Counted from the stretch's first letter, positions 45,821 to 55,393 are shown. The stretch: DNA of 64,000 nt from an uncultured Candidatus Saccharibacteria bacterium (GCA_964549935.1 CAZJVT010000003.1:78634-142633); one strand, 5' to 3'. The notes: a model not told the origin generated them from the sequence alone. Made by a program: numbers and translations.

Positions 45821-46228
45821 ATGCTCGCCTACGCGCTCTACCTCGCCTCCTTCGGCCTCCTCATCGCTCTCGTGTCGATCGGCTGGCGCGGGTTCCGCGT
45901 CTATCGACGTTTCTCGGACCACGAGACCCTTCTCGCGCATCGCGCGGACGCCCTGCGCCTCCAGATCGGCCACGATCTGGCGATGACCGGCCTCTATCTT
46001 GTCTCAACCCCCGTCCTGTTGCCGGCCTTGCTCATCATGGCGGTCAGCTGGCCGTTCTGGTGGGTCTACGAGAACTTCGAGATCGCCCGGATGCCGCTCG
46101 CCGGACGCATCAATGCCCTTGGGCGACGGATTGATTCCTGGACGCAGGTACGCAACAAGCCGCTGATCGACGCCTTGCGCCGGGTCCGCGGCCCCCGCCG
46201 TGGCCTTGCCTACGTCGAGGAGACCTGA
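45821..46228 (+). CDS. Membrane protein (two TM helices)
   Basis: RBS AGGAGG; two hydrophobic helices. Confidence 0.7.
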   Translation: MLAYALYLASFGLLIALVSIGWRGFRVYRRFSDHETLLAHRADALRLQIGHDLAMTGLYLVSTPVLLPALLIMAVSWPFWWVYENFEIARMPLAGRINALGRRIDSWTQVRNKPLIDALRRVRGPRRGLAYVEET

Positions 46229-46231
46229 GCC

Positions 46232-46707
46232 ATGAAAGTCAGCCGTGCCGAAGGCAGCTTCGTCCAGCTCGAGGACGGCCTTTTCTCTACGTCTTCCGAA
46301 AACCCGCCTTCCTTGAGCCGGAATCTCCGGCGACGGTGTCGATCACCCTCTTCTTCCATCGCCAGCCGTCCTGGACGGTAACGATGACCGAAGCCGAGGC
46401 GAAGACCCTGCTCGGCGGGATGGAGGAGATCTCGGACTACTGCGCGAAGCGCAAAAGCGGCTTCCGCAGCCCCTCCATGAACATGCCGACCGACACTTCG
46501 GTCATGGTGCTGAGGGTGACCTACACCAATCGCGGCGATCCCTATCGCGAGGGCATGAGCTTCGGTCTTTACCAGCCGCATGAAGGCTACGAGACGCCGA
46601 TCGCGACCGTCGATGCGATGGAGCACGAGATGATGGACCTCATCGCGGCGCTCCGGTCGGCTCTGGCCGAGCCGGTCGCCGCTCCGTCATCGAGCCCGTC
46701 GCCATGA
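46232..46707 (+). pseudogene. Hypothetical gene apparently frameshifted near 46280-46285 (or an intact CDS 46336-46707)
   Basis: ATG 46232 with RBS GAGGAG gives MKVSRAEGSFVQLEDG; codon bias then moves to the frame reading LYVFRKPAF...SITLFFHR. Confidence 0.5.
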
Positions 46708-47240
46708 AGAATCTGCCGCCGGACGTCCTCGCGAAATGGACGAGCACCAACTGCAAAGCGTCCTTCGCCGGCTTCACGGTACCGACCACCGAGACCACCC
46801 CCTGGGGAGAAGAAGGCGCGGTCGTCGAGCGCTCGGTCGTCGTCAACTTCGAGATGGGCGAGCTCCGCGAGACGAGGCGTTTCGCCCGCGGAATCTGGAA
46901 CCGTCAGGGTCACGGTCTATACCTCGTCATCGCCGATGGCGAGAGGGACGCTGGCAAGCCTGGCCTCTACGGCCTCAGCGGCCTCGTGCGAGTCAATCTG
47001 GAGCCGGCGCGCGACAAAGCATCGGTCGTCCACGGCCGTTGCCTCCTCGAGGACGAGGAAAGGCTTCACACCATCATCCATTCCGTGGCCCGGGACGAGA
47101 TCCAGCGCTTCTACGTGAAGGCCATGCGTCTGCAGAAGCTGGCGGCCGAGGTGTATTTCGACCCGCCGGCGGACCAGAAGCCATTCGGCCTTCCGGATCC
47201 GAACGCGGTGCGCGCCGCGTCGCCGGCGCCGTCTCCTTGA
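46704..47240 (+). CDS. Hypothetical protein
   Basis: ATGA overlap; GC3 bias. Confidence 0.7.
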   Translation: MKNLPPDVLAKWTSTNCKASFAGFTVPTTETTPWGEEGAVVERSVVVNFEMGELRETRRFARGIWNRQGHGLYLVIADGERDAGKPGLYGLSGLVRVNLEPARDKASVVHGRCLLEDEERLHTIIHSVARDEIQRFYVKAMRLQKLAAEVYFDPPADQKPFGLPDPNAVRAASPAPSP

Positions 47241-47480
47241 ATGTGCCTTCGCTGCTCGCGCGGCGGCGAGATCGACGAGGACGATGTCGCCGAGGTCGGA
47301 TGGCTCGGTGCTCTCTCCGACTGGACCTTCGCGAGAATTCCGGCGGACATCTCCTTCGAAGGCGGCCGCCTGGAAATCACACGCTGGGAATTCGGCCTGG
47401 CGCTGAGGGCATCGGGAAGCCTTTCACCGTCCGCGCTCTCGCAGCCTCTCTCCAAGGCTCAGACGTCGCCGCTCTTCTAG
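47241..47480 (+). CDS. Small hypothetical protein
   Basis: Starts immediately after the previous stop. Confidence 0.5.
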   Translation: MCLRCSRGGEIDEDDVAEVGWLGALSDWTFARIPADISFEGGRLEITRWEFGLALRASGSLSPSALSQPLSKAQTSPLF

Positions 47481-47629
47481 AGCCAGGCGGAAGCCAGGCG
47501 CACAAGTCGTTGCAACCACACGCTATTAGGCGATGAGTATCCAGCTACCTTGACAGGAATTTATCCCGTGACGCTTGATTGACGCCGCACTGTCTCTATC
47601 GGGGATGGGCGAAATTCACGGGGGAGAAC

Positions 47630-48613
47630 ATGCTCAGTAGCAAAAGACTGCCTTTGGTAGTGGTCATGGTCGCCCTGGCTGGGTGCCAGACCACGAAGAG
47701 CCAGATACCGGGCGACTATGTGATGCCCGGATACGTCATGGTCGAGCCGCCGAGGAACAACCTCAGCGTCTGGATGCCGGTCGACGAGAAGACTAGCCAG
47801 CCCGCCGCGCTCAACATCGGACATTGCTTCAAGCCGGCGATCGTGGGGCCGGCCAGCGACGAGAAGTTCGTCCTCAATGAGACCCGAACCCTCGGTGCCG
47901 GCGCTGCCTTCAAAGCCGGCATCAAGAACGTGGTCGACGTCGATGTCGGTGCGAATTTCACCGGGACCGCGGTCAGGAAAATCGAGAACGGAAGCATCGA
48001 AACCGGTGTCTCGGCCCAGATCGCGGACGATGCCGACTGCCAGACACTCGATCGCAACAAGCTCCAGAACATTTGGCTCGTGAAGTCGATGGTTCGCTAC
48101 GGCAAGGTGCATTACGAGCTCAAGGACGAGAAGGGCGCGCACCTGAATCTCAAGTCGGGAGAGATCCTCGACAAGTATTTCCCGAACAAGGCTACGCTCG
48201 AAGGCAAGGTCGGCGCCGACGGCAATCTTACGGTGGACACCAATAACGCGGTCTACCAGGTGATGCGGGTGAATGCGTTCGACTCCATCGTCGCGCAGAC
48301 GGTCACCTGCAAGACTTACAGGGTCTGCACGACAGCTTTCACCTGGGAGCCGTATAATTTCTGGATCCAGGATGGCGGCCTGGATAATCGCGGCGGGCGC
48401 GTGATCACGGTCAGCGTCTGGCCCAGCACCCCCAACAAGGAGGGTGCGTTCGATATCAGGATGCTCAACAACGAAACGAGCAAGATGTGGTTCGACGATG
48501 ACCAGGAGCGTCCGACGGAGGCCCGTGTCATCGCTCGCTTCGATTCCGGGGCCCAGGCAATCGAATCCGCGACCCTCACCTTCGCAATCGAGCGGCCCAA
48601 GCCCAAGAAGTAA
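47630..48613 (+). CDS. Lipoprotein with a gasdermin-like N-terminal domain (tentative)
   Basis: RBS GGGGAG; lipobox LAGC (Cys19); GYVMVEPPRNNL motif and amphipathic beta-hairpins; TTGACA at 47550. Confidence 0.75.
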   Translation: MLSSKRLPLVVVMVALAGCQTTKSQIPGDYVMPGYVMVEPPRNNLSVWMPVDEKTSQPAALNIGHCFKPAIVGPASDEKFVLNETRTLGAGAAFKAGIKNVVDVDVGANFTGTAVRKIENGSIETGVSAQIADDADCQTLDRNKLQNIWLVKSMVRYGKVHYELKDEKGAHLNLKSGEILDKYFPNKATLEGKVGADGNLTVDTNNAVYQVMRVNAFDSIVAQTVTCKTYRVCTTAFTWEPYNFWIQDGGLDNRGGRVITVSVWPSTPNKEGAFDIRMLNNETSKMWFDDDQERPTEARVIARFDSGAQAIESATLTFAIERPKPKK

Positions 48614-48765
48614 GCGTCCTGGCGGCCGGGCATCGGTCCCGGCCGTCCCTTTCCTCTCGTCGATGCCGTTCAAATGAACGGTTTCCCTAGGTATTATCGT
48701 GAAGACACCTTATGATGTAGGTCTCGGGCCTGACCCCGCGCCAGGCTTCCGGCAGGACAGGATCG

Positions 48766-49026
48766 ATGAGCGGCACCGACGGTCTCGACAAAGCGAAGCT
48801 GAACACGGCCCGGCACGACCTCATCGTGCGTGTCGCGCAGATGCAGGAAGAGGCCGGTCGTCTCGGCCTTTTCAAGACCATGCACAGCCTCCATGAAGCC
48901 AATCGCGCCGGCGGCTTCGAGCTGGCTGAGATCCTCGAGAACGACCGCAAGGCCAAGCTGGCGGCGAAGAAGACGGCTTCTTCCGCCGCCACCCGATCTC
49001 GCGAGCGAGAGCCGGGGCTGTCATGA
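48766..49026 (+). CDS. Small helical hypothetical protein
   Basis: RBS AGGA; coupled to the next gene. Confidence 0.6.
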   Translation: MSGTDGLDKAKLNTARHDLIVRVAQMQEEAGRLGLFKTMHSLHEANRAGGFELAEILENDRKAKLAAKKTASSAATRSREREPGLS

Positions 49027-49787
49027 ACTCCACAGCCTCTTCTTCGCGCCTCGCCGTCATCGGATCCGCCGGCCGCGGTCTCGATGGCCGCTCGATCACC
49101 CGCGAGCTCTATGCCGCGATGTACCGCCTGACGGTCATGACGATGCAGGAACACGGCATCCGTCATCTCGTGTCTGGCGGCGCCGCCTACTCCGATCACA
49201 TGGCGGTCCTCGCCTATCTGAACGGCGACGCCGCCCACCTGACGCTTCACCTGCCGGCGCCGTTCCTCGCGGACGGAGCCGACGTCTTCGACGTCACCGC
49301 CGGAGGCCAGGCCGGCCAGGCCGCCGGGACGGCCAACCGCTATCACCGACAGATGGAGTCCAGTATCCGCGTTCCCGGCCTCTCCCTGATCGCCAAGGCG
49401 ATCGAGAAGGGCGCTGCCGTCACGGTCAGCTCCGGTTTCCATGCACGCAACAGCCTGGTGGCGGCAGAGGCCGACGTCGTCCTCGCCTTCACCTTCGGCA
49501 AGCCGGGCAAGACCTCGAGCCTCTACTACGTGGACAGCTTCGTTACCGGCAACGACGGCCACGCTTCCTATGTCGAGGCGGGTCTCAAGGACGGCGGCAC
49601 GGCCGACACCTGGAACAAGGCGCAGCGTGCCCAGGTCAAATCCCATGTCGACCTCATGGGCCTAAAGCTCGGCCTGACATCTGGTGCAGTTCCGCCGATC
49701 CTCGGAAGCGACCTCAACCGGATCCTGTTCCCGGGCGTCGATCCGGCGCCCCGGTCATCTTCCGCAGCCCCATCGATGGGGGTCTAA
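49023..49787 (+). CDS. SLOG superfamily (YspA/DprA-like) nucleotide-binding protein
   Basis: LAVIGSAGR, LVSGGAAYSDH, FHARNSLVA..ADVVLAF, DGGTADT. Confidence 0.75.
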   Translation: MNSTASSSRLAVIGSAGRGLDGRSITRELYAAMYRLTVMTMQEHGIRHLVSGGAAYSDHMAVLAYLNGDAAHLTLHLPAPFLADGADVFDVTAGGQAGQAAGTANRYHRQMESSIRVPGLSLIAKAIEKGAAVTVSSGFHARNSLVAAEADVVLAFTFGKPGKTSSLYYVDSFVTGNDGHASYVEAGLKDGGTADTWNKAQRAQVKSHVDLMGLKLGLTSGAVPPILGSDLNRILFPGVDPAPRSSSAAPSMGV

Positions 49788-49788
49788 G

Positions 49789-50391
49789 ATGCCTCTCGAC
49801 AACACCTTCGACGTCACCGCGGTCCGCGATCGTGCCGCGCTCCTCGAGGAGGCGGCCGACGGTCTGCAAACTCCTGCCCCGACATCGATCCCGGACGGAA
49901 AATGGCTCGTCTCGTGCGAGGTGACCTCCCGCGAGACCCGGACCCATCTCGTTGAAGCGGAGACGGAAGAGGATGCGATCTCGGACCTCCGCGATTTCTA
50001 TCTCTACGGCACCGAAGCCGGCCAGGTCCCGCCGCGCCTGGTGAAGGTGCGCAAGGTCTCCGATGCGGACGATCCCGCTTTCGATGCCCAGCCGGCCCCG
50101 GCATTCCAGCCGCCCGACTACTCGATCTTCGCCGCCACCGTCCGCGACGACGTCCGCGAAGCCGCCATGAGGGCGGTGCGCGACCTTGCAGACGACGAAG
50201 TCGCGCTCGCAGCCCTGCCGGCCGATGTCCGGATCCGCCTGACCTTGCTTCGTCGCTTGATGACGGTCTCCGGCATCGACGCCCCCGAGGTGCATGACGG
50301 CTTCGAGGTCGATTCCGGCCTGGAGACCGGGGATCATCCGGAACCCGCGTGTCCACCGTCGCCGCCGCCGGCATTCCAGAACTGGCTGTAG
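49789..50391 (+). CDS. Hypothetical protein
   Basis: MPLDNTFD...; VEAETEEDA motif. Confidence 0.65.
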   Translation: MPLDNTFDVTAVRDRAALLEEAADGLQTPAPTSIPDGKWLVSCEVTSRETRTHLVEAETEEDAISDLRDFYLYGTEAGQVPPRLVKVRKVSDADDPAFDAQPAPAFQPPDYSIFAATVRDDVREAAMRAVRDLADDEVALAALPADVRIRLTLLRRLMTVSGIDAPEVHDGFEVDSGLETGDHPEPACPPSPPPAFQNWL

Positions 50392-50395
50392 CCCG

Positions 50396-50734
50396 GTGAT
50401 TGACCTCGTCCTTGCCTGTCATGCCGACGCTGAGGTCTTCGACCGTCTCTCCATCGTCCATGACGAGGAGGCTATCGCCGCCGTCCGCGCTGTCAGCCTC
50501 GAGTGCGGCACGATGCTTCGCCTCGTTGCCGGCGACGGCTCGATCCTTGACGTGATCAGGCTTTCACCGCCAGTCGCGCAGCAGATCGAACGCACCAGGC
50601 TCTCGGGTCGCGAGATCGAGGTCGAGCTCTGCCGCATGGACGGCTGGAAGCCAAGGCCACGCGAGCTCGGCCTCATCAGGTTCGCCCAGGCGACCATCCT
50701 TCCATTCGCCGGTGCAAGGAAGGCGGCCGGATGA
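50396..50734 (+). CDS. Hypothetical protein
   Basis: GTG start; coupled to the next gene. Confidence 0.55.
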   Translation: MIDLVLACHADAEVFDRLSIVHDEEAIAAVRAVSLECGTMLRLVAGDGSILDVIRLSPPVAQQIERTRLSGREIEVELCRMDGWKPRPRELGLIRFAQATILPFAGARKAAG

Positions 50735-51438
50735 TCGCCATCCGAGGCAAGTTCGGTGGAACCGTGATGGTCCATCGCGCGACCGGTACCCGCTACTTCC
50801 GTCTCTACGAGACCGATAGCGGCGACGTTTCGGTCATCGCGACGCCGCAGCTTGCCGACCGTCTTGCCAATGTCCGCGGTCTCGTCCGGGTTTTCGGGAT
50901 CTGCGATCCGCGGCCGTTCGCGACGCTGAAGGCAGCCCATGGTCTCGATCTCACGGCCGACGTCATGGTGCTCGGCGAGGACTTCCGCCTCGAGACCGAC
51001 CTCGTGCCCGAGCAGAAGGTCGTGCGCTTCGGCGAGGATCCTGTCTTCGCCCATCGCGGCTTCGTCTTTCCGGAGACGCTCGAGATCGGCGCCAAGGGCC
51101 GCAACGGCTGGATCCATCAGAGCGGCCTCAACGTCCAGGCTTGGCGGGCCCGGCATGGCGACACCAAGTCCGACTACCTGCATATCGAGGCACTGAACTC
51201 CCAGGGCCGTGGCGGCGCCGCGATCATGAGCGTTCATGGCGCCGTGGTCGGCGAGCTCGCCGCGTTGCTCGCGGAGGTGCATGCCTCCAGCCTGTCGCCG
51301 CAGGGAAGGCGCGAATTCGTCGCCGAGATGGCTCGCCGTCTGGGTGTCGATCTGAAAGCGCCCGATCCCGAAGCGCGTGCCGAAGAGGCACCCCAGGCGC
51401 TCCAACCGGATGCCCGACCCGCGACGCCGGTATTTTGA
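50731..51438 (+). CDS. Hypothetical protein
   Basis: ATGA overlap; GC3 bias. Confidence 0.65.
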   Translation: MIAIRGKFGGTVMVHRATGTRYFRLYETDSGDVSVIATPQLADRLANVRGLVRVFGICDPRPFATLKAAHGLDLTADVMVLGEDFRLETDLVPEQKVVRFGEDPVFAHRGFVFPETLEIGAKGRNGWIHQSGLNVQAWRARHGDTKSDYLHIEALNSQGRGGAAIMSVHGAVVGELAALLAEVHASSLSPQGRREFVAEMARRLGVDLKAPDPEARAEEAPQALQPDARPATPVF

Positions 51439-51444
51439 CGCTGC

Positions 51445-51792
51445 CTAGCGCGGGCCGCGCATCCTGTCGAAGAGCTCGAAGACGCTATCGGCATAGAGCT
51501 TACGCGGATTCGCGTCGCACCATTTGCCGATGGCGACCATCTGCTCCGTCGTCGTCATCGAGCTAAGGATGACGGGCGCAATCTTCTGGCTGATGAGCAT
51601 TACGTTGAGGCCCGACATGTAGCCCTGCGCCCAGGTGAAATAACTTAGCCCGATGAGGCCGCCCTGCTTCTTCAGGTCGTCGTTGTACTCCTGGCAGGTC
51701 AGATACCCCGGGCCCATGCCGGCGCTCTCGGCCTTGGCGTGGCCGGCCTGGAAGACGAGCATGGCAGCTGCCAGGGCGGCGGCGACTCTCAC
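51445..51792 (-). CDS. Secreted HdeA/HdeB- or Rap1a-like two-cysteine helical protein
   Basis: Signal peptide ending AKA; LTCQEY...WAQGYMSGLN...WCDANP. Confidence 0.65.
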   Translation of the reverse strand: MRVAAALAAAMLVFQAGHAKAESAGMGPGYLTCQEYNDDLKKQGGLIGLSYFTWAQGYMSGLNVMLISQKIAPVILSSMTTTEQMVAIGKWCDANPRKLYADSVFELFDRMRGPR

Positions 51793-51802
51793 GGCCTGCT
51801 CC

Positions 51803-52330
51803 CTAGAATTGTCCCTTCGCAACGGTCGTCGGTGCGATGTAGTTGACGAGTTGCGCGCATTTTTTTCCCGCGGGATCGTATGTGGTCGAGACATGGATCT
51901 CGGCCTTGTCCTTGAAGAGATAGGTCGAACGGCGTTGGATCTTGCTGATGGGATAAGGGCTGTCGGTCTCGCTATCGGGCTTGCCATAGGTCGAGGAGAC
52001 CATGCTGGCCAGCGGAACGTGGAGCACGAAGCACTCATCCTGCGTCGGTTTCGACGGGCTATCCGCCCTCACTAGGACGATGTCACGTACCTTGCCGCCG
52101 GCTCCGGTGAACCATACGGAAACGTCCCAGAGCGTCCCGCCGATCTCGGTGTTGTACTGGATGGTTCCGTTCGGACCCAAGGTCGCCGCGGTGCCGCCGG
52201 CGGATTTCGCCTGGGCATGCGTCATGGCGAACTTGAAAGGCCCCCAGCCGTCGAGCTTCGCTCGCTCGGCTGCGCTCGAGGGCGCCGCCTCGATCAGCAG
52301 CATCGCCAAAACCAGGATGATGAGCCGCAT
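51803..52330 (-). CDS. Secreted hypothetical protein
   Basis: Signal peptide; GWGPFKFAMT...YGKPD. Confidence 0.7.
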   Translation of the reverse strand: MRLIILVLAMLLIEAAPSSAAERAKLDGWGPFKFAMTHAQAKSAGGTAATLGPNGTIQYNTEIGGTLWDVSVWFTGAGGKVRDIVLVRADSPSKPTQDECFVLHVPLASMVSSTYGKPDSETDSPYPISKIQRRSTYLFKDKAEIHVSTTYDPAGKKCAQLVNYIAPTTVAKGQF

Positions 52331-52557
52331 CGATGTCCCCGTTGTCCGAGGGCATGGTATCTCGGGGCGAAGGCCGATCTCAAGGCGGCGATCGGGTTCT
52401 TCCGCTCGTTGATCTCGACGTAGCGCGCATGAGCTCAGATCGCTGACGCATGGCCTCGTCGTATTCCTGGCGCTCGACCTCGCTGAGCTTGCTGGCGACC
52501 GCCTTCGCGATCAGCCGGCGTATCTCCAGGTCGAGATCTTCTTCCCTGGGCAAGTCG

Positions 52558-52857
52558 TCAGGCGTCGACGGGAATAAAGCCCCGGATCCTCGCTTCGGTG
52601 ATGCCCTCGCCCGTCGGTCGTCCCATGGGCTCGCCGATGCTTCGGTCGCGGTACTCCGCCCAGCCCAGCTTGACGCAGGCGTCGAAGCCCTTGACGCTTC
52701 CGCCGTCGAGCCAGAGACGATCGACCGAGCGCCCGTAGTAGTAGGGCCCGCCGGCGCAGAGCGCCTCGAGGGTCGGGAGCGCTTTCAGGACCCGGCGTTC
52801 GCGAATCCAGGTGCGGACCTTGTCGATCGCGCCGGTGATCGTCTTCAGGGGGCTCAT
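52558..52857 (-). CDS. Hypothetical protein
   Basis: Coupled to the upstream gene; RBS GGAG. Confidence 0.55.
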   Translation of the reverse strand: MSPLKTITGAIDKVRTWIRERRVLKALPTLEALCAGGPYYYGRSVDRLWLDGGSVKGFDACVKLGWAEYRDRSIGEPMGRPTGEGITEARIRGFIPVDA

Positions 52858-53315
52858 CGCGACTTCTCCTTGATTTCGGTGTCCTTGATGACGGCCTCGA
52901 CCATCGCCGCGGCGATGACCGCGGACAGCAGCGCGCGCCGGCTGACGGTGACGTTGATCTTCGGGTCGTCCTCGCGCTTGAGCGTGACGAACCAGACGGG
53001 GACCATCCCCCGATCGCGCCGCCTGGTGCCGATATGGCTGAGATACCAGCCAGCAGGCAGCTGCCGGCGCAGACCCTCGACATTGGGCACCGTGGCGCAG
53101 GCCATCAGCTCGTAGGCCCTGGCCGGAGTCCTGACGGGGAGAAGCTTCATCGAGCGGATCGAGGCGACCGAGGCATCGGAGAACTTCCAGATCCTCGCCT
53201 GGATGGCCCTGAGGGCACGGACCCGGGCCGCGGTTCGGGAGGGCGTCTTCTTCTCGCTGCCGACGCGAATGCTCGGCTCTTTCGTCGCTTTGGCGCCCGA
53301 GATCTTCATTCTCAT
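52854..53315 (-). CDS. Basic hypothetical protein
   Basis: ORF within a leftward operon. Confidence 0.55.
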   Translation of the reverse strand: MRMKISGAKATKEPSIRVGSEKKTPSRTAARVRALRAIQARIWKFSDASVASIRSMKLLPVRTPARAYELMACATVPNVEGLRRQLPAGWYLSHIGTRRRDRGMVPVWFVTLKREDDPKINVTVSRRALLSAVIAAAMVEAVIKDTEIKEKSR

Positions 53316-53319
53316 TCCC

Positions 53320-53634
53320 CTACTCGATGCGCCATGTAGCCGATGCTTTTAATTCGTCATCGGGTGCAGATCCTTCGCCTGGGCGGGTTTTCTCCCATGG
53401 AGGCTCCACCGTCCATTCGGTCCAGGCCGTCCGCCAGGTCACGTTGAAGAACCAGAAGCCGAAGCTTGGATGAGGGCCGTCGTAGTAGAACCAGTCGCGG
53501 CCCCAATAACGGTAGCCCTTATCCAGCCAATTAAAGGGGTAGAACCAGTACAGGTCGTAGTAGGAGCCGTCCTTGGTATTGCGTCCCAACCAGGTGACGC
53601 CGCCGTTCGACAGGTCGATCCGCCAGATTCTCAC
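53320..53634 (-). CDS. Trp/Tyr-rich phage-type small protein
   Basis: YRYWGRDWFYYDGPHPSFGFWFFN. Confidence 0.5.
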   Translation of the reverse strand: MRIWRIDLSNGGVTWLGRNTKDGSYYDLYWFYPFNWLDKGYRYWGRDWFYYDGPHPSFGFWFFNVTWRTAWTEWTVEPPWEKTRPGEGSAPDDELKASATWRIE

Positions 53635-53739
53635 GACTGCGAGCGCCCTTCAGTTTCGGTCGCGGCATCTGTTGTCGCTTTCATATCACCATGATAGTAT
53701 GTATACGCGATTTATCCAAGGGGAAAGGGGCAGGGGCGG

Positions 53740-54312
53740 ATGTCGGGCGCCGAATTCATCACGCCGCCACGGCACATCTCGCAAAAGGTCGGCAAGGGCA
53801 TCGTCGGGTACGACGCCCATGTCACCAGGGCCGAGCGCGCCGTCAACGCCCAGATCGAGGCCACGGACTATCGCATCCTCGCGAAGCCCCATGTCGACGC
53901 GCTGCGCACGGCCCTCAAGGCCCTCCATGCGGACACCGCAGATACCCTGGCCTGGAAGACCCTCGTCGAGGTCGTTCACGATTTCCGCGGCGAGGCCGCC
54001 AGCTTCCGGCAGTTCGCCGTGGCCGAGGTCCTCATGTCGCTCAAGTCCCTGCTGACGCTCGACCGGCACGTCAACGCGCGCTTCATCCAGATCGCGTCGC
54101 TGATCGTCGACGGGATCTCCGCCATGATCGCGCAGGGCATCGGCAAGGATAAGAACGGTCCCGCGGCGCCGGTCGTGAAGGGCCTCGGCGACATCGCCAA
54201 CTCGATCATGCCCGCGTGGAAATACGGGCCGAGGATCCAGGTCACCTATGCCGGCAATGGGGTCGGGCACGCGGACAGCGGCAAGTCCTCGCTTTCCAAC
54301 GTCGCGGCCTGA
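53740..54312 (+). CDS. Hpt (histidine phosphotransfer) domain protein, alphaproteobacterial type
   Basis: FITPP..SQKVG..RAERAV N-terminus; VHDFRGEAASF (H-x-x-R-G-x-A-x-x-F). Confidence 0.65.
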   Translation: MSGAEFITPPRHISQKVGKGIVGYDAHVTRAERAVNAQIEATDYRILAKPHVDALRTALKALHADTADTLAWKTLVEVVHDFRGEAASFRQFAVAEVLMSLKSLLTLDRHVNARFIQIASLIVDGISAMIAQGIGKDKNGPAAPVVKGLGDIANSIMPAWKYGPRIQVTYAGNGVGHADSGKSSLSNVAA

Positions 54313-54325
54313 AGGCAGAGACCCC

Positions 54326-55393
54326 ATGCGCCGGACACCTACCAATCCTCCCGTGCTGCTCACCCGCGACGCCTTCCGCGAAGGGGTATTCGCGCGCGAC
54401 GGCGGCTGCTGCGTCTTCTGCAAGGAGCCGGCGATCGACGCCCATCACATCGTCGAGCGGCGACTGTTTCCGGATGGCGGCTACTACCTCGAGAACGGGG
54501 CCTCGGTCTGCGAGAAGCATCATCTCGAATGCGAGATGACGACGATCTCGGTCGAGGAGGTTCGGCTCGCCGCCGGTATCCGGCGCATCGTGTTGCCGCC
54601 TCATCTCTACGACGACCAGCAGATCGACAAGTGGGGCAACCCGATCCTCGCCAACGGCACGCGGCTCAAGGGCGAGCTGTTCGAGGACGAGAGCGTCCGG
54701 AAGATCCTCGAGCGCGGCCGTGTCCTTCAGCTCTTCACCGATCTCGTGAAGTACCCGCGCACGCATCACCTGCCGTGGTCGCCGGGCGTCTCGGACGACG
54801 ATCGCGTCGTTCATGACCTGTCGCGGCTCAATGGCCGCCGCTGCGTCGCCGCGACCAAGATGGACGGCGAGAACACCTCGCTCTACCGCCACAAGATCCA
54901 TGCGCGCAGCGTCGACAGCCGCCATCACCGCTCGCGCGACTGGGTGAAGCAGTTCCACAGCACGATCGCCGGCGACATTCCCGAGGGCTGGCGCATCTGC
55001 GGCGAGAACCTCTATGCCGTCCATTCGATCCGGTACGAGGACCTCCCCAGCTACTTCATGGGCTTCTCGATCTGGGACGAGAAGAACCGCTGCCTGCCCT
55101 GGGACGAGACCCTCGACTGGTTCGGCCTCCTCGGCATCGAGCCGGTGCCGGTCATCTACGACGGCGTGTTCGACGAGGCCGCCCTGCGCGCTCTGTGGAA
55201 GCCCGCCGATGCCGTGCGCTGCGAAGGCTACGTGCTGCGGCCGGCCGACGGCTTCTCCTATGCCGAGTTCAAGGACCTGGTTTTGAAATTCGTCCGCCCC
55301 GGGCATGTGCAGACGGTCAAGCACTGGATGCACGGCCAGCAGATGGAAGTGAACGGTCTCAGGTCGAGGCCAAAACAGGAGATGACACCATGA
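54326..55393 (+). CDS. HNH nuclease-RNA ligase fusion
   Basis: VFARDGGCCVFC..DAHHI..NGASVCEKHH; KYPRTHHLPWSPG, TKMDGEN, CGEN, EGYVLR, KFVR. Confidence 0.88.
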   Translation: MRRTPTNPPVLLTRDAFREGVFARDGGCCVFCKEPAIDAHHIVERRLFPDGGYYLENGASVCEKHHLECEMTTISVEEVRLAAGIRRIVLPPHLYDDQQIDKWGNPILANGTRLKGELFEDESVRKILERGRVLQLFTDLVKYPRTHHLPWSPGVSDDDRVVHDLSRLNGRRCVAATKMDGENTSLYRHKIHARSVDSRHHRSRDWVKQFHSTIAGDIPEGWRICGENLYAVHSIRYEDLPSYFMGFSIWDEKNRCLPWDETLDWFGLLGIEPVPVIYDGVFDEAALRALWKPADAVRCEGYVLRPADGFSYAEFKDLVLKFVRPGHVQTVKHWMHGQQMEVNGLRSRPKQEMTP

